Below are positions 37,862-46,710 of a DNA stretch of 46,710 bases, piece after piece; position 1 is the first letter of the stretch, and every line of letters begins with the position of its first letter. Location: assembly GCF_006345805.1 (NCBI RefSeq), contig NW_021834576.1:1-46710 (forward strand), given 5' to 3'. Position numbers and translations under genes: made by a program. This DNA comes from Octopus sinensis (lineage: Eukaryota). The notes below the pieces were generated by a model. The model was not told where the DNA came from, searched no databases, and saw only the letters and a list, made by a program, of their open reading frames with translations.

Positions 37862-38035
37862 CGGATTAAGTCAATTATATCGATCCCAGTGAGTAACTGG
37901 TACTTATTTAATCGACCCCGAAAGGACGAAAGGCAAAGTCGACCTCGGCAGAATTTGAACTCAGAACGTAACTGCAGACGAAATACGGCTAAGCATTTCG
38001 GCCGGCGTGCTAACGATTCTGCCAGCATACCGCCT
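37862..38035 (-). mobile_element. SINE type C, near full length
   Basis: Minus strand: AAGGCGG..CTGGCAGAATCGTTAGCACGCCGG...GAGTTCAAATTCTGCCGAGGTCGACTTTGCCTTTCGTCCTTTCGGGGTCGATTAAATAAGTACCAG. Confidence 0.9.
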
Positions 38036-38090
38036 TTTACGAAATATAAAATTTAGTAACTTCGTGTCGTTCAAATCAGTGGTAAAAGCT

Positions 38091-38132
<42 letters not shown>

Positions 38133-39626
38133 CACACACACGCACACACAGAAACACACACACACAGACACACACACACACACGCGCATACACACACATA
38201 CACACACACATACTAGCATATACACTGATTGATACACATAGTCTCAGTGAACTTTTGATCTGCAATTTTAACAAATTCACTTATAACATTTTCTCGGAAA
38301 TGTTTTCGGAGAACGACTTGAAGTAATGCATGTAGAAAGAAGAGGGGAAAAGAAAGAAAGTACGCAAACAAACTAAAATACAAACAAAGAACAAACAAAA
38401 AGAAATAACTGTATGCAGAAAACTCCCTTGCTTTCGCAAGAAAAGAAAAACTACTCATTACAAACAATGTTTAAAAGTTGTAATATAAAAACCTAACAGA
38501 TACGTTTAAGTTTTAAGTTTACGTACATGCACGCACTCATAAATACATACATACATGCGTACATAAATACATACACCTCTCTTTCTTTCTCTCACTATAT
38601 ATATATATAATACAATTGTTTGTTTGTTTTCCACCTGCCTTCGTCTTTTGTCTATTTTCATAAAGCTTCCCGTTATATATATATATATATATATATATAT
38701 ACTAGTATTAAAGACCCATCGTTGCCGGGTCATAGTGCTAGTGCATGTATATATGTGTATATATATGTGTACATATTACATGTACATCTATACATATATA
38801 TACATCTACACAAAATACAAGATACAAAGTTATATCTTCATATCGCTAGTGATAACAATACTCAAAATATATAACAGACTGGAATTGTTAGTCCGTCTCT
38901 TGTAAATTAAATTTATAAATGAGGGTGAACAATTTGATATTAATTTAATAATACCATCAATTTAACACCAAGTGGCTTAGCACATAAAAACCAGGGATAC
39001 AATACAAAATTATACATAAATATGAGAGAGTGACCACTAATTAATCATACTGCAGTAAATATTTTATGCGGCATTCGTTCCCAGTAGTCTAATCATACTT
39101 TTGGCGGGGGTATTTGAATCATAGCTATTAATGAAATTGATCGAACCGCACGTGTATTTTGGCGCTGCATCGAAATATAACGAGCGATTTAATAAATTGT
39201 ATTTAAGACAAACCCCTGCTGATGATTTATAGATGTTGTGTAAGTAAAATTGTATTTACATTAATAATGAAACAATTGTTCAGGGTTAATCTATTTTTCC
39301 GTTATTTTTCAATTGCCCCACGTTAAATGTTATGTTATTTCTCATTGGAAACATTTTTTTAGTGGCTATACCATAGTGGATCTATTTTTAGCACTAGTGT
39401 AGACCACATAGTGGTCACCCACTCATATTTATATATATATATATATTAATATTCACAAACATAGATCTTACTGTTGCCTCAACTGTTTTGTGTAAATTTG
39501 AACTATACACACACATACACACACATATATTTATTTATTTATTTATTCACATCGCATGTCTCTGTGTGTGTCTGAGTGTGAGTATCTGTATAAACATATG
39601 TACATACGTATGTGTGTATGTATATA

Positions 39627-39925
39627 TCACGTGATCACGTGACCGACCAGACCATCAGATGTTACTACACATCGCTGGTAACAATGCGTTCGCATTGTTT
39701 TAGCCTTCGAAAGACGCAACCCCGCTGGCTAAGCGAGCAGGCCAACAGGCCAACAAAAGAAAGAGTGGTGAAAGAGTACAGCAGGGATCACCACCCACTG
39801 CCGGAGTCTCGTGCAGCTTTTATGTGTTTTCGCTCAATAAACACACACAATGCCCGGTCTGGGAATCGAAACCGCGATCCTTCGACCGCGAGTCCGCTGC
39901 CCTAACCACTGGGCCATTGCGCCTC
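39627..39925 (-). mobile_element. tRNA-derived SINE type R, tail 2
   Basis: First ~160 nt match 27157-27319. The tail differs and ends in TCACGTGATCACGTGA. Confidence 0.88.
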
Positions 39926-39974
39926 TATGTATGTATATATATATATATCTATATATATATATATATATAAACCA

Positions 39975-40018
<44 letters not shown>

Positions 40019-40492
40019 CATATACACCTAAGTAGGTTACATGAAAGACGAAATAACAAAATAATCATAACACAAATATTTGGGTAAATAAACCTTATAC
40101 GAAGAACGAAACTGAAAACTAAACAATAATAGAAAAGGAGGAGGAAAAAGTAAAACATGTAGGAAATTTTTGTTACAGTAAACTCGAACGAGGGAACTTA
40201 TATTTACAGATAAGCACTCAACATAAACAATGGATAAGCGTAAAACAGTGACAAAAGGTTAATACAATACAAACGTTCACAGCCATACCCAAATGTAATT
40301 TTTTGCCTATGTGGTAATACAAAAAAACTAAAAGTGTGAACACAATTTACTGCATATCCATCTTTCCGAGCATATTTAGAAAATATCTTTATTTCACAAA
40401 ATGCTTTCTCGCTCACTCACATACATACCTACATATATATGTATGCACACACACGCACACACACACACATGCATTTATATATGCAAGTTTGA

Positions 40493-40494
<2 letters not shown>

Positions 40495-40577
<83 letters not shown>

Positions 40578-40602
40578 TGTATATGTGTGTATATATATGT
40601 AT

Positions 40603-40636
<34 letters not shown>

Positions 40637-40690
40637 ATGTATACATACACACACACACAGATATATATATATATATATATATATAGGTAC
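40495..40690. repeat. Long (TA)n microsatellite
   Basis: Direct reading. Confidence 0.95.
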
Positions 40691-41643
40691 ATATATGTAT
40701 ATTTATATATACGTCCATATATGTGCTTGCCTTTGCGTGCATGTGAACTATTTCGGTTTTAAGGTTTTAACACCACTCTCAAGAACAAACATTACAAACA
40801 GGAAGATTTTTCCCTTTTCTTTTATCAACACTAGTTCCATATTCTTTTCAACTGGGCTTTTGTTGTCATGTATAACGTGTTTATTATTTGCAGCGTTTGT
40901 ACTTAACTTCCACTGCACAAACACATACAAATACACATAACCCAACGACCTATATACATACACACATACACACACGCACGCACGCACACATATATATGTG
41001 TATATGTATATGTATATTATTACTTTATCGTTATCAATATATGTAAAGCGAAATAAAATGGGATTAAATAATATACACTCGAGGAACTAATAACGTGTTG
41101 TTTGATACTTCTAAGTGGACATTAATCTTGCATGTCATAATTTATTTATCATAGCATATCTTCAAACTTGATATTATAGCATGGCATTGTAAACTTTACA
41201 GTGAAGGAAGCGTACTTGTTGCGAATGCTCTTTTTTTGTTTGCTTCCCTTTTCAAAACCCGAAAATTGTGTATGTGTGTGTGTGTGTGCTTGTGATCATG
41301 TGTGCGCACGCACGTGTAAATATATATCGAAGGATGTATAGATAAATGCTTGGAACATAAGCCATGCTCAATACGTCCATCCCCACGCACACGCACATTT
41401 TCTTCTCCATTTTAACTGAGCGTCACCGTAATACATTCACTTTGTACGCCATTTTGACTTTTGCTGTTTATGCTCTTATTTTTTTTTGTATTTGATTTGC
41501 CTATAGACACACACACATACACACATACATGTACATATATGTACATACAGACATATTTACATATATATCTATGTATACATACATACACATACACAAACAC
41601 ACACGTGCACACACACATATACACACATGTAGCTTGATGTATG

Positions 41644-41690
<47 letters not shown>

Positions 41691-42202
41691 GTATATGTAT
41701 GTATGTGCGTACTTATGTATGTATGTATGTATGTATGTATGTATGTGTGTATGTATTATGTAATTGTAGATGTACAGCTGCAAAGTTTCGAAACAATCCA
41801 TATATATACGCAGCGTATATACCTCAAGGCGGTGCTCCAGCATGGCTGCAGTCTAACGATTGAAACAAGTAAGACAGCACGCCTTTAAAACATTTCAAGA
41901 TATATATTTCAACATTTCCTCCATGACAAATCTCCAATCATAAGCATCGGATATATGTGATACCGAGGGCTACTGAGACTGAAGATTGTGTTAAGCCATT
42001 TGTGTTTCTGTTGTTAACGGAAGTTGGAATGTTTTTGATGAGTAACAATATTTCTGAATAGTTGCTGTACGCTTTGGCGGTGAGTATGGTGATTTGAATG
42101 AGGCCTTTTCCAGATGATTCTATAAATAGGATCTTTAAGTCAACGCCGATATTGTAATTGTTATATTATATAGTAAACTACAGGGCTGCCAACTGTCAAA
42201 AC

Positions 42203-42395
42203 CGTTAAGGCGTCGGGCGAGATGCTTACCGGCATTTCGTCCGCCTTTATGTTCTGAGTTCAAATTCCTGCGAGGTCGACTTTACATTTTATCCTTTTGA
42301 GGTCGATGAAATAAGTACCAGTTGAGCACTGGAATCACTGTAATCGACTAAACTCCTTCTTCAAAATTCCTCTCCTACCAAAATTTGAAAACCAT
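42203..42395 (+). mobile_element. SINE type C
   Basis: GGGCGAGATGCTTACCGGCATTTCGTCCG...GAGTTCAAATTCC...GGTCGATGAAATAAGTACCAGTTGAGCACTGG...CCAAAATTTGAAAACCA. Confidence 0.85.
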
Positions 42396-43353
42396 TATAT
42401 AGTATCCTACGTATAATTCTACAGACATGGTTACAAGGATGGAAACTTTATTGCCTGATATATAATAAACTTTCACCAGATATAAACTGACAGGGGGAAC
42501 CACATATAAACAAAGTGCTCAACGGAATAGTGTTCCCTCGCTAGATACAATACGAACAGATTCAACAATAAGGTCCTGCGCTTAAAACTGATTTTCCACG
42601 CATTACTCAAGATTTCAGGTCTATCCGCTGGGGTTAGGGCCACTCTCTATAACAGAAATGATTTTAAAAATCAACTTTGACTTCGTAACTTTTAGGAAGG
42701 GTAATTATTGTTGTTTCGCTCCAGATTGGCCTTGCCTTCCAAAACTATTAACGAAAGTGTTGCAGCTTGAAAATAACATTGTTTTAAGAAGCATACAGCA
42801 CAATGCATAATTCCATTTTTTAAAATTTTGAATGACTGAATATAGTTTTTCTGAGTCATAGTAGCAATCCTCTATGAGTTCCGTGACCGTGTAAACGACC
42901 TTTTGACTCTTTCTGCTCATTATTGTCATAAAACAGTAAAACGGCTGCTACATGATTGCAACAAGGTTACTCAAACAAGTATCGTCTCCTTTTTAGCGAA
43001 TATTTTGCAAATATCGGTGAGCAGAGTTAAACCTCCAAAGACGTCAGTGTAATATTCACTTGCATTTTATAGCACTTCGTCTCGCAAAGTTACGTAACTT
43101 CGATCTGTGTCGACTGCTCACATGTATAAAGAAGATAACAAAAAAAGCATTTCCAACAAAGAGCTGCATCTGCCTTCATTTCTCATTCATTTGTGTGATT
43201 CTTATCTCAATAAACGTTCAAATGCCACTCTTATCTCGAAAAAGAGAGAAATGTTACGCATACGCACGCAAGCACATAGACACAGACACACATATACACA
43301 CACATACGCTTATGTATATTTGTGTATATGTATGGATGAATAAACTATATATG

Positions 43354-43400
<47 letters not shown>

Positions 43401-43947
43401 ACATGCATGCAGAAACACATACATACATACTTATATACACACATACATACTTATACACACACAAACACACACACATGTATATAAAATGTGCTTACGCGTA
43501 TCTAACAAATGATGAACTTTAAAACTATTAGCTATCTTTAACCATGCATTTTAATGGAGTAAATTTGAAATCTTTTCTAACTCCAGTTGCTTTAGATATT
43601 TCATTGTGAAACTCAACTTCTAAAAGGTTACTGCGTTCAGAAAATATGGCGAAGTAACGAAGCGCTGTGACTATTATTAAGTAAGGATTGCCATTCTGTG
43701 AGTAAGAAACGGTAAAATTTAGACAGGGCTGTGGCTGAATTCCCCATGTGTATCTATTTAAATAATTCTATGAAACACTAATTGGTAATGATCGTCGTAG
43801 ACTCGTATCTTCCCAATACTCAACTGCAATAATTATCTTAGAAATAACTGTACCCTTTTCAACTGGCATCGCTTTTTCAACGCATACACATCCGTGTAAA
43901 TATATATTAATTTACACACAAACACATATGTATACATACATATGCGT

Positions 43948-44157
43948 GTGGAGGTGTGTAACCTAGTAGCTAGGGGATTGCGGTTTCGATTCCTGGATCG
44001 GATGATGAGTCGTGCTCCTGTACTTAACACGTTATTTCCCCTTCATCTAGTCAACTCCGCTAGCAAAATGAACAATCCTGCGACGAATCGGCATCCTGTC
44101 TAAGTGAAGTAGTGGAGAAATGTTCAACCGGAATCTAGGAAACCGGACTTATGAGCT
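43948..44157 (+). mobile_element. Old tRNA-headed SINE, possibly with a Meta/V-like central domain
   Basis: GTGGAGGTGTGTAACCTAGTAGCTAGG...GGTTTCGATTCC head; CCTGCGACGAATCGGCATCCTGTC...GAAACCGG body. Family assignment is from recall only. Confidence 0.45.
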
Positions 44158-44446
44158 CGGGAGGGACGTTTGTTATCCGGAAATATTTCGTCACACTTCT
44201 GTGACCTCTCCAGCGACGACACTTTCTGTCCTCGTGTATGCTCCTGCTCCGCTTAGTTTATTCTCCGGATAATGGACACGAGTTACAATATGAACAGTAG
44301 TAAGCGAGTGAAAAATGAATATATACGGCCTGTGTTTATCTGGTAAGAAAAAGGAAATGCCCATCCCGAAATACAACAACATCTGTTTGAACACATGGTT
44401 TCACATCAGAAATTTTGCAACACAAATTCATATATATATATATATA

Positions 44447-44650
44447 TGATATCGCCATGATAGATCACTAGCCACTACACACATTTTTCCTCCTTGTTTC
44501 TCTCATTTTTTCTGTGTCCCTTTCTCTCGAAGAGCGTAGGCTCGAAACGTAAAATGCTTTTTTCTATTCCTGAGCGTTATACTAATACAACTGTTTGTTT
44601 TGTACACCACCTGCCTCCGTCTTTTGTTTTTTTTTCCGTAAACTCTCCCT
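44447..44650 (+). mobile_element. ~200-bp repeat between (TA)n tracts containing a hammerhead-like motif
   Basis: CCUUU CUCUCGA A GAGC-GUAG-GCUC GAAAC GUA|AAAUG at 44519-44556. Shares AAGAGCG..GCTCGAAACGT and TTCCTGAGCGT with 36446-36498. The 3' part recurs at about 38615-38665. Confidence 0.65.
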
Positions 44651-46710
44651 ATATATATATATGGCTGAATCCATTATCTAACTCAAAGCGTAACTGATAG
44701 CAGACCAGTGCAAAACCATCGAATTTTGGATATAACGACAGCAGCAAAGTTGCTTATGAAAACCCTCATTATTTTAAATGAAATAAACAAATACGCTACA
44801 CTATCAGTGAAGACAAAAATAGACCTGCTCCTCATTCAAAAATGATGTCTTCGAAAAATGGTCTGTGTACTGTAAAGTCCTTTATAATCACAAAACCAAA
44901 TATAACATCGTCATCTTAGACATACCAACAAGAACAACAGTGAATATGGAGATATACGCAATACACCAGGAGGAGAATTGCGAATGTCTCCTGTGCGACT
45001 GTAGTGCTTCCTACCCGCTTTCTTCCAAACCTTGTGGTGATAACGGCATGCCTGACACACTCATCCTAGGAGTCCTTATACATAATTACCACTCTATACT
45101 TAAGATACTTGAATTCTTCTATGGCGGACAGCAGAGGAAGTTGAATATTATGCACCGGGAGCAAACAGTGATTGCTACACTTCTGGCTGTTATCCACATT
45201 CAAAATTAGTTTAGTGTGTTTAGTGCTCTTTCATGTTCTCACAGATCTCTCTCCGCAATGATATTTTACTTCCGATACCGCTTCAGATGTTTTGGGCTGT
45301 CTCTGTGCCAGTATGTCTTCCCTGTTCGTTACTACTGATTCCGTCATGCTGGCCCTCACAGCCCATCACGGAAAGGTCTAGCGTGTCGCTTTCTCTTGGT
45401 TTTCAGAGCTGATTTAGAGCACCCTATGCAAGGGTTGTGTTTGAGGTTGCTAGCCATATACACAAATGCCAAACTTCAATAGAAGACACCGGTCTTTCTA
45501 GGGTCACGAAAATTCCTTCGTCGGCATTAAGACATTACTAGAAGTCACAAGTTACCCCAAAATTCATGTCGTCAATACCACCAAAACCTTTTCCATTTAT
45601 CTTGGAAAATACAGCTTTGCATGTGTATCTATCATATTCATACGTGATGTGAATTAGAGCCCCATGAGCAGTTTTACTTTTTCTCCATACAAAGTTTCAT
45701 TTTATGTCAATATTATACACGATACTAAGGCGATGAGCAGGTAGAATCTTTACCGCTCACAAAAAAAAATGCTAAGCGGAATTGATAGTTGCAAATACTT
45801 TTAGTTTCTAATGCATATGTACAAGAGGACGGCTAATTTACTGAATTAATGTCAAACTTTCTGTACATCTAATAGTAGCAAATTATTCATTTTTGCATAG
45901 ATGCTAACGAACAAGGAAAATTAACCGTGAGAATCGATAACATATTATATATATATAATATGTATTTCATTTATTTTATGTTACGATCAGAAAACAATAT
46001 ATTTTACACCATATCTGTTCATCAACATAAATAATATAAGCGAAAAAGCAGGAAAAACATATGAGAGATAATTAAGAAGCAAATGTGGAAATGATATGAG
46101 ATCAATACAGTGAGATGAATGATATAATGTACGATGATAATTGCTAACCATAATAGTAAGAGATAAAGTAATGGGGTTCCATATAATGATAAAACTTATA
46201 AAACGATAGCGTTAATTTGGAGGAAAGAACAATATAGATTTGTGTATAGTAAATGAGATAATACTGATAAGCGAGGAAAATATGTTGCTTATCAGAATTA
46301 ATATTTTGGATGTTAATAATGTACAAATGTGATATGTATGTTAGCAGTGTTACGAAGTTGTAAAAAAAAAAAACCGTGCTACATTATTGGTTAATTGATT
46401 TTAGTTTATAAGGTGTTGTATGGTTCTGTGTTTCCAGAGTTGGCGATTATTGTAAGTGAATGTTTATGAAAGGTAAGCTAAAGTTCTATAATCGTGTCAA
46501 ATGTGATTTAGATTAAAGTTGCATGCTCTCAACGCGGATGAGTACATATGTAATGAAGCGATCCTTAGGTGGACATTGACAAAATTGAGAGCTTATATTA
46601 AATATTTCGAACCACAAGCGTGGGAAATACAGTTAAGAAAGCTATCATACATATATATATGCAAGAACACTGACACACGCACACGAACACACACACACAG
46701 GTCACCGACG

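Noticed and set aside
44865-45209. 114-aa ORF in unique-looking sequence
   Set aside because: Non-ATG start, no recognisable domain; at most a very decayed LINE fragment.

Overview
Very AT-rich eukaryotic non-coding DNA, dense with microsatellites. The repeat repertoire (tRNA-derived SINEs, R4/Dong-type LINEs in (TAA)n, mariners) resembles octopus/coleoid cephalopod genomic DNA; this is an inference from pattern recognition, not a database result. No complete protein-coding gene is visible. Nearly all ORF-track entries are translations of (TA)n/(CA)n/(AAT)n/(GATA)n tracts or retrotransposon/transposase fragments. Content: several decayed restriction-like-endonuclease (R4/Dong-type) LINE fragments, a ~580-bp non-coding repeat bounded by (AAT)n, at least four tRNA-headed SINE types, CR1/Jockey-like and RTE-like RT fragments, two mariner remnants, a hAT-like MITE, a ~280-bp fold-back element and a possible LTR. 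Main finding: four separate minimal type-I hammerhead-ribozyme-like motifs (6942-6986 -, 20083-20128 -, 36436-36470 +, 44519-44556 +) with palindromic helix III, as in Penelope-like elements. One carries the compensatory U3-A8 core and one lies in a unit with a tRNA-derived Pol III head. All four have core or stem deviations and none has been tested for activity. A few weak candidate exons are listed at low confidence.
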